From: Mayamaea pseudoterrestris
Lineage: Eukaryota
DNA length: 64,000 bases
Assembly (NCBI GenBank): GCA_027923505.1
Contig: BROI01000014.1
Location: 248,001-312,000 of the forward strand
Reading direction: 5' to 3'
This document shows, piece by piece, positions 37,194 through 48,971 of the stretch; position 1 is the first letter of the stretch; every line of letters begins with the position of its first letter. The notes under the pieces were generated by a model. It was not told the DNA's origin, ran no database searches, and saw only the letters and a program-made list of their open reading frames with translations. The position numbers and the translations under genes were made by a program.

Positions 37194-39698
37194 ATGTCAA
37201 TTCACATTTTACCAGCAGAAGTCGTGAATCGCATCGCCGCCGGCGAAGTGATACAAAAACCATCCAACGCCATTAAGGAATTGATTGAAAATTGTCTCGA
37301 CGCTGGCGCGACTAGCATTTCCATCACCATGGAGGCAGTTGATTGCTGGACTGTGTCCGACAATGGCAAAGGCATGTCGCCCGACGACTTGCAGCTGGCG
37401 GCGACGCGTCACGCCACGAGCAAACTGTCCAGCACCAACGACTTGCACACGCTGGAGAGCTTTGGCTTTCGCGGCGAGGCGCTCGCCTCCATGAGCATGT
37501 GCTCGCACTTGAGCATTGTCAGTCGACATTGTGACGCGCGCGTCGGCTACAAGCAAACGTATGTCAACGGCGCTCCCTGCAGCGACCAGCCGCAGCCGTG
37601 CGCGCGTCCGCCAGGAACGACGGTGCGCATGGACCAGCTCTTTTACAATTTGCCGCACCGGCGCAAAACAAACGCGAGTAGTGAATCCTATCACCAAGTG
37701 CTGAGCATGCTGCAGTCGTACGCTATATTGGTGGCGCAGAACGGTACGAGCATCGTTTGTCAGAAAAATGGGCGCAATAACACCAAGGTGGACTTGAACT
37801 CGGCCGCCGCCGTGTTGCACTGCAACCAACATTCCAGCAAGGAGATCAAGGCCACTGCCACCAAGCAAGTGTTGCAGCAAGTCTATGGGAGTCAAATGAT
37901 TCCGTATCTTTGCGAATTTGAGAGTGACATGGACGAAACGCTTGCTGCAAGTGCAAATGCAAAACTGGATTCTGACGAAACCACGCTCCGCCACCAGCAA
38001 TGCACCTACACTTGCCATGGCTTTGTGACATCTCCCTCGTACACGCAAAACAAAAAATCTACATTCATACTATTCTGCAATCAACGCTTGGTCGAGTGCA
38101 GTTTCTTGAAGCGCGCCATGGAGTCCGTCTACGCGGAACATTCCAAAGCCAAACCCTTTATATATTGGTCCCTTCACGTGCCGCCGCACCAAGTCGACGT
38201 GAACGTTCATCCCACCAAGCGACAAGTGACGCTGCTGCATTTGAACGAAATTAGCATGCATTTGCAGCAAGCGTTGCGCGCGCTGCTGCAGCGACAAAAG
38301 CAGGCGTTTGAGAGTCAATCGGTCATGCAGCAGTCGCAGCAACTCAAGCGCAAGCGCGACGTGGAACATGAAAACGACAACGACGACGACGAATCCAGTG
38401 TCAAAGGAGCAGCCACCGCAACCAGTAGTGTACAAACACAACTATCATATGGTCAATCCGTTGCCTCGTCCAGTCAGCAGTCAACGGCAAGTGTTTCCAA
38501 GCTTGCGCCGTCCAAGCTGATTCGCACCAATCGGTCGTTTCAGCACGGGTCCATGGAACCCTTTGTCAAAATGACGACGACGAATCCATCACAGTTGCAT
38601 TCTCAACGTTTCGACAAGGATTCGACGTCATCAGAAAGTGCCGAGCTAGATAGTGAGCTGCAAAATGAAGGAGCAACAGGAGCAAATGATGCAACAAACA
38701 ATAGTGCCGACTCGCAGCTACATCAGCCTGACTGTCCCCTCCTAGCAACCTCCACCAATGGCACTGCAGACTTGAATCTGCCCGGTGCGTTTGCAAAGGT
38801 GGCTGCCTCCTGCACATGCCGCAGTAACAACTCTCGGATAGAGGTGGTTGATCCATTGGCCGTGCGAGTGCCCCCAAAGCAAACGTATCCGTCACAGCTT
38901 CCGCGCAAAATTCAACCGTCGGAATGTAAGCTCAAGTCAATACTGAGCTTGAGAAGAGGTATTTACAATCAAGCTGCCGATCCTGCAATCGTATCGCAAT
39001 TGCGTTCCTCCTGCTTGGTAGGAGTCGTGTCCCACACACGCTGCATTTTGCAGTGCGGCGCCGACTTGGTACTTTTGAACTACTACGACTGTGCCTGCGA
39101 GCTGTTCTATCAACTGTCGCTGCTGCAGTTTGGAGCGCTCCGCGTTGCCAAACTGGGTGTGCCGGTGGATGTCACCAAAGTCATTGGACAGTTTCTAGAG
39201 CTGGAGGATCAATTGCTACACGAAACCGAGGAGGAGCATTTCGAACATTCAATCACGCTGCTCAATGTCTCGGAAACGAACAAGTCTGTGGCTGCCCAAG
39301 CTGCCTCATTTTTGATGGAAAAGTCAGCCATGCTAAAGGAGTATTTCTCAATTGTCGTCGAAACGAACAATGCCGGCTGCATTTTGCTAACTGGTTTGCC
39401 CATTTTGCTTCAAGGTCACGCACCATCTCCCCATGGCGTTGCCTTGTTTCTCTTGCGGCTGACGACCGAAGTCAACTTTGTCAAGGAAAAGCGCTGCTTT
39501 CAAGGCATCAGTCGCGAGCTGGGACTGTTTTACGCTAGCGTTGCCGCCACGGATGAATCTGCCTGGCACTCTTTGGTGCGACACTGCTTGTTTCCTGCCG
39601 TTTCAACTCTGCTCGTGCCTTCCAGAGCCACGGCAGCGGAAAGTATGAAAACCGTTGGCAACCTTTCGCAACTATACAAGGTATTTGAAAGGTGCTGA
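37194..39698 (+). CDS. MLH1: DNA mismatch repair protein MLH1
   Basis: NRIAAGEVI..KELIENCLDAG, GFRGEALAS, VDVNVHPTK and the C-terminal LYKVFERC signature. Confidence 0.96.
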   Translation: MSIHILPAEVVNRIAAGEVIQKPSNAIKELIENCLDAGATSISITMEAVDCWTVSDNGKGMSPDDLQLAATRHATSKLSSTNDLHTLESFGFRGEALASMSMCSHLSIVSRHCDARVGYKQTYVNGAPCSDQPQPCARPPGTTVRMDQLFYNLPHRRKTNASSESYHQVLSMLQSYAILVAQNGTSIVCQKNGRNNTKVDLNSAAAVLHCNQHSSKEIKATATKQVLQQVYGSQMIPYLCEFESDMDETLAASANAKLDSDETTLRHQQCTYTCHGFVTSPSYTQNKKSTFILFCNQRLVECSFLKRAMESVYAEHSKAKPFIYWSLHVPPHQVDVNVHPTKRQVTLLHLNEISMHLQQALRALLQRQKQAFESQSVMQQSQQLKRKRDVEHENDNDDDESSVKGAATATSSVQTQLSYGQSVASSSQQSTASVSKLAPSKLIRTNRSFQHGSMEPFVKMTTTNPSQLHSQRFDKDSTSSESAELDSELQNEGATGANDATNNSADSQLHQPDCPLLATSTNGTADLNLPGAFAKVAASCTCRSNNSRIEVVDPLAVRVPPKQTYPSQLPRKIQPSECKLKSILSLRRGIYNQAADPAIVSQLRSSCLVGVVSHTRCILQCGADLVLLNYYDCACELFYQLSLLQFGALRVAKLGVPVDVTKVIGQFLELEDQLLHETEEEHFEHSITLLNVSETNKSVAAQAASFLMEKSAMLKEYFSIVVETNNAGCILLTGLPILLQGHAPSPHGVALFLLRLTTEVNFVKEKRCFQGISRELGLFYASVAATDESAWHSLVRHCLFPAVSTLLVPSRATAAESMKTVGNLSQLYKVFERC

Positions 39699-39956
39699 GC
39701 AATACGTAAAGTGTCACTCTCAAAAACTAATGAGTCAACTTATAGTTTACATTTTTGTTAATAGTAAATATAAAGAAATGTTCCTGCGTCGCCGCCGTGT
39801 CAGGATGTCAGCCTCGACTAGAAGCCAGTCATCCGTCATGCCTATCTTGTAAAAAGTAGCAGCAGCTCCGTTGGAATGAAACAGGCAGTGCGTTTGGGTA
39901 GCATGCAACGATATAATACATATTGCATGCTTCCTTCATCACTGCCACTCTTAACC

Positions 39957-40717
39957 TCAGGTATTGAGTCGCGGCAAGTCGTTAATGGTGGTCGGCCTAT
40001 TGTTGCGGCGGCGCGGTGGTCGCTTGCTTCCGCCTTGGGTGCGCGCCTTGGTTTGCAACGCGGAACGTAGCTCCTGGGACGAGTCCTATGATCGTAAAAT
40101 AGAGCGGCATGGTGGTAAGTCAATGAAAATGTATATATAGAAACCTCTTGACAGCATATACTCACCTGCTTGCCGTAGTCAAGCTGCACCAAGGACTTCC
40201 AGTAGGCAATGGTCATTTTGAAAACGGTGATTGGATTCAAGCAGGCGCGTAAAATGTACGGAACTTTGAGGCTCAGCCTTCGTCGCTTCTTCTTTGTCGC
40301 CAGCTTGGCATTTACCGCTTGCTTGCTCGCCTTGGCCTTGGCGGAAGCTTGCTTTTGCAGCGTGGATGCGGCGAGTTGTGCGGATCGTTTTGCGGCGAGC
40401 TTGGCGTCAATTTCGGTTGGCTTCTTCTTCGGAGTCGTCGTTTTCGGGGGCGGCGCAACCGTTTCTGCAATCTCCTCCTCCTCCTCTTCATCCGATTCGT
40501 CTTCACTTGTATCTTCATCGCTATCTTCCTCCTCGTCGTCACTATCTTGTGCGCCTCCTCGCAGTATGCATGCCGATAGTTGAGAAACACGTTGCGTCTG
40601 CGGCAAGAAGGCAACCGGCAAGCGATCCGAAAAGACTCGGCCCCGCGCTTGCGCGGAATGCATCACGCACAAGAGAGCTAGCAGCAGCAGCGTGGCTGCC
40701 GTCGTTCGCAGCATCAT
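39957..40717 (-). CDS. Hypothetical protein with signal peptide and acidic stretch; one intron near 40086-40165
   Basis: MMLRTTAATLLLLALL…LRGGA then an acidic run. Splicing yields DSSQELRSALQTKA…NDLPRLNT*. Confidence 0.6.
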
Positions 40718-40938
40718 GATGATTGGGGTTTTGTTTGCTTGTTTTGTGCGAGCGAAAGAAAAAAACGCACGGACGGCTGCGACGCGTGTCACGCTGTGCA
40801 TGTCGCAGCAGTACCCAACTGTCGTTCCGGCACTCGCATGTTGGCGACCGCCAATTTGTTCGCTTCCTTCTCCAATATTACACACTGCTTGCTTCATGTA
40901 CCCACATAAATTTGACTGGCAAATTGAAATAGTTAAGA

Positions 40939-43848
40939 ATGAGACGTATCATACGACGTTACCATGTTCCGCGTGGGGTGGATCGAGCTTTGCCGCAGCG
41001 ATCTGCCTCCTTCACGCCAAGGAATGGTGTACTGCATCCATTCACAAGAACAATGCAACAATATTCGACTTGTAATCGGCAAAGGCATATACAATTTTCA
41101 AGCTCCGCTGCTGCAATTATGGAAGACGATTTGAGTCATACGAACGACGAAACCAAGCCGCCAAGCAACCTTTCCTTTGCCAGATTCATCGACGGCCCTC
41201 CACTGCAGCTGGGACTTGGTTCGTTCGGCAAGCACGCGGCTGCTTCCGTCGTTGGCATGGCTGGATCAACGGTAGTGTCAACGACGCTGTGCCGCGACGA
41301 AACGAGCATGAGCAGTGATCACTATAGCAATGGCACCTTGCTGACGGTGGACGTGCGGCTGCGGGCGCACGGGGTGGGGCGCATGCCGATGAATCGCACG
41401 CGCCGGGACTACGGCGTCATGAGTGACGTTGAAGTCTTGGCGTCGCGGGCCGTAGACCGAGCGCTGCGGCCGTTGCTGCTGCCACGAAACAGTATGATGA
41501 CTGGTGAATATAGCAACGGATTGACATCCGGCGGTCGCATGCACGTGCAGTCGGTGGTACAATCCTACGACAAGTCGGGACGTTTCGATGACGCAAGCGG
41601 ACATCCAGTTGCAACCAGCATCAACACTGCCTCCGCTGCACTGTATGATTATTTGATCGAGCCAGTCGCAGCGACGAGTCTATGCCTCATGCGCGCGTCG
41701 GATCTATCGGCTGGTAGTGGTGGTGGAATCGTCGCAACAACACCTCCAGCGCAGGACCAGCAACTCGTCATTGTCCAGGACGCATCTCCAGCGCAGATGC
41801 AAGACTCGCTGGGTCAATTGCTGCTGGCGGGCACCCGCGACAAGATTGTCATGATGGAATGGTCCAGTCACGGCAGTCACAATGCAGGATTGCCGGAGGA
41901 GCAGTGGGAGGCGCTGCTAAAAGTCGGCATGGCGGCGTTGCAACCAGTTTTGGATTCCATGGAGCAGTTGCACGAGTTAAAGACGCAGCGGGAGGAAACG
42001 GAAGCTGCTGAGAATGATTCAATGGACGACGAAGCTGTTCGAGTTAGTCTTGGTTTGGATCAAGTTGTATCGAGTGAGACATTGACGACGGACGAGGTCA
42101 CGGAAACGGCCGTACTAGCCGCTGGACTATCCAACGAAGACAGAGATTTGTTGCTAGCCAAGGCCTTGGATGTTTGCGCCTTGAAACTAAAAAATGCACT
42201 TGGCAGGTTGTTTGGTGTTAGTGGATCATGCCAACCTCCTTTAATATGTAGGAAGCGAGAAGCGTTGATGCATCAATCTGGCAATCTACTTTCAAAGTCA
42301 TTTCGCGGAGCTCGAGAAACGGTAATGCAAAACGAAGTGAAACGGCTTGTAAACGACATTGCTGACGAATTGGGCTACACATTGACTCCATTCGATAGAT
42401 CGTGGTTATACGACGAGGTTATCAAAAAGTTGTTCGAAGGTGCATTGTGGGCGTCAGTCAGTGACTATGGAGCTCGCGCAGACCAGCGCGGAAAGCCGGG
42501 GGCAGGTTGGAAAACCATTCGCCCAATCCAGAGCCAACCGGCGGCCTTGCCCGATACAGTTCATGGATCAGCACTATTTGCAAGGGGCCAGACGCAAGTG
42601 CTCAGCACGGTGACGCTCGCGCCTCCATCGGAAGGTTTTGTGCGAGCGAACCCGTACGATGTAACGGAGGAAATGAAACCAACGACATCACAGGGCAATA
42701 CACCATATTCATCCCTGCCGGTAGGGTCGCTTCGCTTCCTGCGCAACCAAGAGGCACTGTCATCAGACATGAACTCCAAAAAAGTGCAAGCCGAACGAGA
42801 GCCCACTGGTGCTTCAGGGAATTTGTCGGAGCTCAAGCGTGCGTTTCTGCAGTATGACTTTCCTAGCTACTCGACTGGCAAGGTTCCGGAAGGAAACCAG
42901 GCAAACAAGCGTCGGTCGATTGGCCATGGCAATCTGGCAGAGCGTGCCATTCTGCCAGTGCTTCCTTCGCCTGAGCAATTTCCATATGCCATTCGCATGA
43001 CGAGTGAAGTGACGGACTCGAATGGTAGCAGCAGTATGGCGAGTGTTTGTGGAGTCACCATGGCGCTGCTGGATGCTGGTGTGCCCCTCTTGATGCCAGT
43101 CGCCGGAATTAGCGTGGGAGCAGTTACTTCCGGTGATAAGTACGCGCTCATGTTGGATATCACAGGGACGGAAGATTATTACGGTGCGATGGACTTGAAA
43201 GTAGCAGGGACGCCGTTGGGTGTGACTGCATTGCAACTGGATGTCAAACAACCGCTTTCAGTGCAAGTAATTGTTGACGCCTTGTACTTGGCCCAACGTG
43301 GGCGGCAATCGATACTGCAAGAAATGCAAGCTCAGTCAATGAATCTTGGCGGTCTAAAGCCGCGCGCCGAGCTCAAAGAGTCTGCTCCCCGCGTGGAGGT
43401 TATTCATTTCGACCCCCAACGCAAGCGCGACGCTGTGGGACCCGGTGGAATCGTCCTTCGTCAAATTGAAGACCGATATGGCGTTTCTCTTGACTTGACA
43501 CAAGAAGGAAGATGCCTTATCTTTGGATCAAGTCGTGACATGGTGCAGAAGGCAAAGATAATTATAATGGATCTTGTGTCAGACGTCGCGATTGGAGACG
43601 TCTACATGGGAACCGTGATAGAGGTCAAGGATTTCGGGGCAATCATCGAATTGTTAAGGAACAAGGAGGGTCTGCTGCATGTAAGCGAAATAATAGGCGA
43701 AGGAGATCCAGGAAGCCACCCGCAAGGTTTGTCCGGATATGTACGCCAGCGTCTGAATATAGGTCAACAGGTTGAGGTCCAAGTCATTAGCATTGATCCG
43801 GTGCAAGGAAGTATCAAACTGAGCATGAAACATTTGGCCGGAAAGTAG
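40939..43848 (+). CDS. PNP: Polyribonucleotide nucleotidyltransferase (organellar PNPase)
   Basis: HGSALFARGQTQ, RRSIGHGNLAERA, SNGSSSMASVCG and DITGTEDYYGAMDLKVAG, plus KH and S1 domains. Confidence 0.93.
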   Translation: MRRIIRRYHVPRGVDRALPQRSASFTPRNGVLHPFTRTMQQYSTCNRQRHIQFSSSAAAIMEDDLSHTNDETKPPSNLSFARFIDGPPLQLGLGSFGKHAAASVVGMAGSTVVSTTLCRDETSMSSDHYSNGTLLTVDVRLRAHGVGRMPMNRTRRDYGVMSDVEVLASRAVDRALRPLLLPRNSMMTGEYSNGLTSGGRMHVQSVVQSYDKSGRFDDASGHPVATSINTASAALYDYLIEPVAATSLCLMRASDLSAGSGGGIVATTPPAQDQQLVIVQDASPAQMQDSLGQLLLAGTRDKIVMMEWSSHGSHNAGLPEEQWEALLKVGMAALQPVLDSMEQLHELKTQREETEAAENDSMDDEAVRVSLGLDQVVSSETLTTDEVTETAVLAAGLSNEDRDLLLAKALDVCALKLKNALGRLFGVSGSCQPPLICRKREALMHQSGNLLSKSFRGARETVMQNEVKRLVNDIADELGYTLTPFDRSWLYDEVIKKLFEGALWASVSDYGARADQRGKPGAGWKTIRPIQSQPAALPDTVHGSALFARGQTQVLSTVTLAPPSEGFVRANPYDVTEEMKPTTSQGNTPYSSLPVGSLRFLRNQEALSSDMNSKKVQAEREPTGASGNLSELKRAFLQYDFPSYSTGKVPEGNQANKRRSIGHGNLAERAILPVLPSPEQFPYAIRMTSEVTDSNGSSSMASVCGVTMALLDAGVPLLMPVAGISVGAVTSGDKYALMLDITGTEDYYGAMDLKVAGTPLGVTALQLDVKQPLSVQVIVDALYLAQRGRQSILQEMQAQSMNLGGLKPRAELKESAPRVEVIHFDPQRKRDAVGPGGIVLRQIEDRYGVSLDLTQEGRCLIFGSSRDMVQKAKIIIMDLVSDVAIGDVYMGTVIEVKDFGAIIELLRNKEGLLHVSEIIGEGDPGSHPQGLSGYVRQRLNIGQQVEVQVISIDPVQGSIKLSMKHLAGK

Positions 43849-44230
43849 AAGGACGTGCTTATTATGCAACAAAGGTTTAAATAAGGTTTTAAAATGATTA
43901 GAAAGACTTACGAGCAAGAACGACTCATGGGAAAGCAATATATTATCGCGCGGCAGACAAAGAAAAGGTTAAAGGAGGGGAGGAGAATAGAAAAGTTTGA
44001 AGGAGAATAAAAATAGAGAAGAGATACTGCGATAACAAGATAGTGAGCGTAGTAATTAACTGTGAGCCCCTGTGATGGATCTTATTGCTTCCGGCAAATT
44101 CTAGAGTATCCCTGTCATGCTACTCCTTCTTCGACTCAGATAAGAAGAATGCATTGCTGTGATACAAGATATAGAGAGAATCATGCCCTCACTCTCAACT
44201 CCTAGACCATTCACCAATACTCTTCACATT

Positions 44231-46087
44231 CTATTTAAACTTGCCGGCCGCAAAGTCGGCTTCTGGATAATACGACGTATCCACAATAGCATCCCCAAAC
44301 TGTCGTCCCTTCAATTCTCGCTCCGCTGCTTGCGCCTCTGGTATACTCGAATACTGCAAATAGACCTTGCGAATCGCCGATGGTTCCACCCCTCCTCCCG
44401 CGACGCGTGGAATCATGAACCCAGTCAGCTTTCCAAATTTCGCACACTCCTCTCTGACCTCGTGTGACAGCTCGGCGTAGTCCTGGTCCGTCGCCAAATC
44501 TTCGTCGAGTACCATGTTATGCAGCACCAACACGCGAGTCAGTGTTGGAATGGATATTTCAAAGTCAATGGGCGCATGTTGCTGCTGCACATGTTGTTGC
44601 ATTTGTTGTTGCTGCTGCATTTGCATTTGTTGCGCGTGCTGCGGCTGCATTTGCATTTGTTGCGCATGTAAATGTTGCTGCTGCGCCAGCGGCACAATTC
44701 TCGTCAGCGGCAAACCATGCGCATCCCGATACTGGGGCACCAACGGCATGGGCACCTTGCCCAAGGCAGCATCCACCAACTGCTCCACGTCGAATCCCGT
44801 CACAATCGAATGCGTCAGTGGCGGGCCGCCCGACACTGCCACTGGAGCAGCCATGGGTGCGACGCCACCGCCAGTTGCATTCGCCATGTTACCCGCCGCC
44901 GGCATGATAACTCCCGCTCCACCGCTCCGCTCCCCCGCCAGTCGCGCCGTGACACTCTTACCACCACCAATATCCATGCCATTCAGTCCCTGAATGGCAA
45001 TGGGCGTCACATTCGCATCCACATACTCGACAAAGCAGTATCCCTTGCTGTTGGGCGGATCCTGCTCATTCTTGACCAAGTGAAAGGCCTTGATTTTTCC
45101 AAAAGCTTCCAGCAGCTCCTTGACTTGCGCGTCTTGAAAGTGGTAGTGCAAGCCGCCAATGAAAATTTTATTGGGACCGTCCTGGACGCTGCTCGCGGTA
45201 ATGCCGAGCCGACTCACGTCCAAACGCGGCACGCTGGATGGGTGGACGCGTGGTGCCAGCGAGGGATTGTAGTCGTTGGGCCGCTTGATTTTGCACGCGA
45301 AACCTTGCATGACGAGTCCATCCAAGTCGAGGCAGGCAGTCGTCATTTCCACCGTTTTGAACTCCAAAAAGCTAAACTGCCGCTCCGGGTTAATGTAGAC
45401 ACTCAGTATCGGATCTTCCGTCGCTATAGTGTTGCTGTCAATGAGTGCCGTCTGAATGGCGTTGGAAAACGCGTCGTGAATCATTTGCTCGTGAACATTG
45501 GGCGGCAAATTGCCAATGTAGAGGCGCCGGGCGTGGCGCGTCTGCTGCGCGTCGCCCGGCAGTGAACCGGGTAGCATCATGTTCGTCAGTAGCGACTGCG
45601 ACGGTAAATTCGTGGAGCCATCAATAGCAGTTGCACCATCAATCATGGTCGGCATGACGTCAAACTTGCTCGGCCGCTCGTGGCGCAATCGACGGCGACG
45701 CTCCACCCAGTCCATTTCCTCCTGGTAGGAGCGAAAGCTCACGACGGGAGGTTTGCGGGGTTTGGGCGCTTGATGACTGCGCGGCGGCGGCGGTCCGCGG
45801 TAGTTGCGGGAGGGTGGTTCGCGATAGTCGCTGCGATGATGATGTGGAGGCGGTGGACCTCGTTGGTAGTCACGGTCGCGCGCGTGCGGATAATGATGAC
45901 TTCCGCCACCAGCTCCGCCAAAACTTCCACTCCCGCGACGTCGGTCGTCATATTGCGGAGGGCCGCGTCGATAATCGTCCGGTGGAGATGACTGCGGCGG
46001 CGGAACGTGATCATGGCGCGACGGCGGCGGCTGCTGCTGCTGCGCCATCCAGGCTGGCATGTTCATTTCTCGTCCACGTCCTGGCAT
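44231..46087 (-). CDS. U2AF2: Splicing factor U2AF large subunit
   Basis: QQTRHARRLYIGNLP, KIKRPNDYNP, NKIFIGGL, SKGYCFVEY and a UHM with EVREECAKFG. Confidence 0.94.
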   Translation of the reverse strand: MPGRGREMNMPAWMAQQQQPPPSRHDHVPPPQSSPPDDYRRGPPQYDDRRRGSGSFGGAGGGSHHYPHARDRDYQRGPPPPHHHRSDYREPPSRNYRGPPPPRSHQAPKPRKPPVVSFRSYQEEMDWVERRRRLRHERPSKFDVMPTMIDGATAIDGSTNLPSQSLLTNMMLPGSLPGDAQQTRHARRLYIGNLPPNVHEQMIHDAFSNAIQTALIDSNTIATEDPILSVYINPERQFSFLEFKTVEMTTACLDLDGLVMQGFACKIKRPNDYNPSLAPRVHPSSVPRLDVSRLGITASSVQDGPNKIFIGGLHYHFQDAQVKELLEAFGKIKAFHLVKNEQDPPNSKGYCFVEYVDANVTPIAIQGLNGMDIGGGKSVTARLAGERSGGAGVIMPAAGNMANATGGGVAPMAAPVAVSGGPPLTHSIVTGFDVEQLVDAALGKVPMPLVPQYRDAHGLPLTRIVPLAQQQHLHAQQMQMQPQHAQQMQMQQQQQMQQHVQQQHAPIDFEISIPTLTRVLVLHNMVLDEDLATDQDYAELSHEVREECAKFGKLTGFMIPRVAGGGVEPSAIRKVYLQYSSIPEAQAAERELKGRQFGDAIVDTSYYPEADFAAGKFK

Positions 46088-46431
46088 AATAAATGTGTAA
46101 TAATTGTAAATTGATATGTGATTTTACTTCAATGTAGCAGTAACGAGGCCGCTCCTTGTACAGCTCTGATGAAAAAGAAAATCGGATCCGCTAACTTGTG
46201 TGGTCATGGTCGTCTCTGCGCGCGCGCCTTCCAGTACCGTTCCGATATGCCTGGTTTCTGTTTGCGCGCGCCAGCCGCGCAATCCGGTACCGATGCGATA
46301 CGCAACAGCTTGCAATTTGGCGCGTGACAACCATGGCGATTGCATGACGTAGCGGTCTACAAAAGTACCAGAAGTTTTAAACGACGAGTAGCTCCTTTCT
46401 TATAACAGTTGGCATTTACAACAAAGCCAAG

Positions 46432-47865
46432 ATGAATCTTGATGCAAATGCGATACTTTCCGCTTCATTGGTAGCTGTGGCGGTCGCTGCTCTCACCATT
46501 CGTTACGCCAAGTACACCAATGCTGACAAGCCATCAACGTTATACAACATTTCCGATTGCAACAAGGACTATCAAGCCAGTGGTACTCTTGCAGAAAGTC
46601 TTGGATACTTGAGTCTCGTTGTTTTTAGTCATTTCATTTGCTACTACCTTTGGTGGGCGGCCGAATTCAACCGCGGCTGTCTCGGCAATCCCTTTCCACT
46701 CGACGCCGTTGTCATACAAAAGGCGACTCCCAACGTTACCAGCGTGATCATGTATTCCACCTTTATCATTTACACGCTCATTTGCGCCGCAGCGCTACCG
46801 GGCGTGACGGTGACTGGCTACAAAATTCCGTCCGAAAATAATCGACGACTGCAGTATAACTGCAACGGCTTGGCTAGTTGGTACGTGAGCATTGCACTGG
46901 GAGTCGCTTTGCACTACTTTGACATTTTCGACTGGAAACTCGTTTATATTCATGCGGGCGCTCTGCTGAGTACGGCGATATTGTTTGCCAATGGCGTGGC
47001 AGTGTGCATGTATCTGATATGTTTGCTCACGGGGCGGTGCCAGTTTCGCCTCGAGACGCTGGCGCACGACTACGTCATGGGCGGCTACCTGAATCCGCGA
47101 CTATTGGGCGTCGACTTGAAACTATGGGCCGAAGTGCGCGTGTCGTGGATGCTGCTGTTCGCGCTCAACGTATCGGCTGCATTGTGTGTGCGTGACGAAG
47201 TTGGACACGTTCCGTATCGCATGTGGCTCGTCCTGCTCATACAAGGTTTGTATACCAACGCCTGCATGAAGGGAGAGGAGTCGATTCCCTTCACGTGGGA
47301 CATTTTTCATGAGCGGTGGGGTTGGATGCTCATCTTTTGGAACTTGGCGGGAGTGGCCTTTGCCTACTCGTTCAACGGGCGCTTCATTGCTTCGCAAGGT
47401 GATGCTTTGAAGGATGTGAGCGTTTCTACCTTTATCGTCATAGTAGTGGCAATCTTGGCCGCGTACTGGGTGTTTGACGAAGCCAATGCGCAAAAGAATC
47501 GCTTTCGAGCGCAGCAATTGAATGGTGGCTACGTGGCGCGCGTCTACAGCTTTCCGCAGCTGCCCAACGCGACGCTCGTCAATCCCAAGTTTCTCGAAAC
47601 ACAGGTTGGTTCCAAACTATTGATTGACGGATGGTGGAGATACGTTCGTAAGCCGCACTACACGGCCGATTTGTGTTTGGCGCTCCTGCTGTCCATGACG
47701 GGCGGTTTCGACCACGTTTTGCCCTACTTTTTCGTCTGCTTCTTTGCGCCCATGCTGGTTCATCGGGCGCATCGTGACATGGTGCGCTGCTCGCAAAAGT
47801 ATGGAGCCGATTGGGACGAGTATTGCTCCCGAGTGCCGTACACGTTTGTGCCGGGGGTTTATTGA
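46432..47865 (+). CDS. ERG4/ERG24-family sterol reductase (closest to delta24(24(1))-reductase)
   Basis: LNPRL..DLKLW.E.R, NACMKGEESIPFTWDIFHERWGWML, LLIDGWWRYVRKPHY and KYGADW. Confidence 0.9.
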   Translation: MNLDANAILSASLVAVAVAALTIRYAKYTNADKPSTLYNISDCNKDYQASGTLAESLGYLSLVVFSHFICYYLWWAAEFNRGCLGNPFPLDAVVIQKATPNVTSVIMYSTFIIYTLICAAALPGVTVTGYKIPSENNRRLQYNCNGLASWYVSIALGVALHYFDIFDWKLVYIHAGALLSTAILFANGVAVCMYLICLLTGRCQFRLETLAHDYVMGGYLNPRLLGVDLKLWAEVRVSWMLLFALNVSAALCVRDEVGHVPYRMWLVLLIQGLYTNACMKGEESIPFTWDIFHERWGWMLIFWNLAGVAFAYSFNGRFIASQGDALKDVSVSTFIVIVVAILAAYWVFDEANAQKNRFRAQQLNGGYVARVYSFPQLPNATLVNPKFLETQVGSKLLIDGWWRYVRKPHYTADLCLALLLSMTGGFDHVLPYFFVCFFAPMLVHRAHRDMVRCSQKYGADWDEYCSRVPYTFVPGVY

Positions 47866-48241
47866 GTTGATAAAAATGAGACGTTCTTGACGCATGATTC
47901 GAGTTTGGCGCTAGCGCTTCTTCAGCTTCACTGCCAGGCTGAAAAATGTCGTCGCATGCAATGTTAAAGGCGTGCCAGGTACACATCACACTACAAGCTT
48001 GTAGTATAAATTTCCGCGAGCCTGCGTGTCGTTGCCGTTGAAGACTTTGAGCAAGATGAAGCCAGACTGCTCATGTTGAAGTTTCATTATGCGTTTTCCT
48101 CCACCGGGACGGAGTTGCTAATAAAGTTCAATAATAATCATAATATCGAAACGTTTACTCTACCTTATACTGCTGCCGGAACTACAACAAAGGAAAACTG
48201 TAAAGCAAGCAACGAACAATTGCGTAGAACATGGGTCTGAT

Positions 48242-48971
48242 TTACTTCTTAATTTTGAGCGAGCCAAGAGCAGCCCCGACAGCGGCGAGTGCGACGGTGG
48301 CGGGGACGAGAAGGAGTCCAAGAACGGCGCCAGCCGACAGTCCCACAAAAGGGATTTCGGCATGACTACTCAACAAGAAAAGCTCCAAGCTTGCAGTGCC
48401 AGCAGCTGCCAAATAGAATGCTGGCGGTCCCACGGCAAGTGCTCCGGAAACGAGGGGAAGAAGAATGGGCGCGCCTTCGACCACCAGTGGAGCGACACCG
48501 TTCACTAGCAACTGTTGGTTGTTTCCAGCCAAGCTTAACAGTCCCAGCTTTTCTGCCAATGGAAGGATTTCTTCAATGGTTTCAAGACTAAGACCCTGTG
48601 CTTCTAGTTTGGAAAGGATTCCTTGCTCGGCTGTTGCTTTCAAAAGATCAAGCTCGCGCACACGGCGAATGACATTGTACTGCAACGGAAATGAATAGAC
48701 ATTGAGAGACTGCTTGAAACATATATCGTCTAGTACATGCATATGTGCTTACCTTTCGGTTCATTAGGTTATCCGGCGCAAACTTGTTGACCCATTGCTT
48801 GTATTCGGCCTCGCCCTTGAGCGGATCTGGTTGGTTCTCGTAGGTCTGTTCTGCAAATGAAAACCCAAAGTCTTCATATAGTTGCGTCGATGGCCTTGCT
48901 GTTACGGATGGTCGAGCCAAGTGAAAGGCAGAGGCCGTACAGGCAAGGATTGCGACAAGCAAGAACTTCAT
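48242..48971 (-). CDS. Plastid-targeted membrane protein (DUF1118-like); intron 48680-48752
   Basis: Signal peptide ending ASAF; LLKATAEQGILSKLEAQGLSLETIEEILPLAEKLGLLS. Confidence 0.7.

Noticed and set aside
43955..44045. Purine-rich tract between PNPase and U2AF65
   Set aside because: Low-complexity 3' UTR/intergenic sequence with no defined structure.
44575..44685. TGC/TGT-rich repeats giving poly-Cys ORFs on the + strand
   Set aside because: This is the antisense of the poly-Gln linker in U2AF65.
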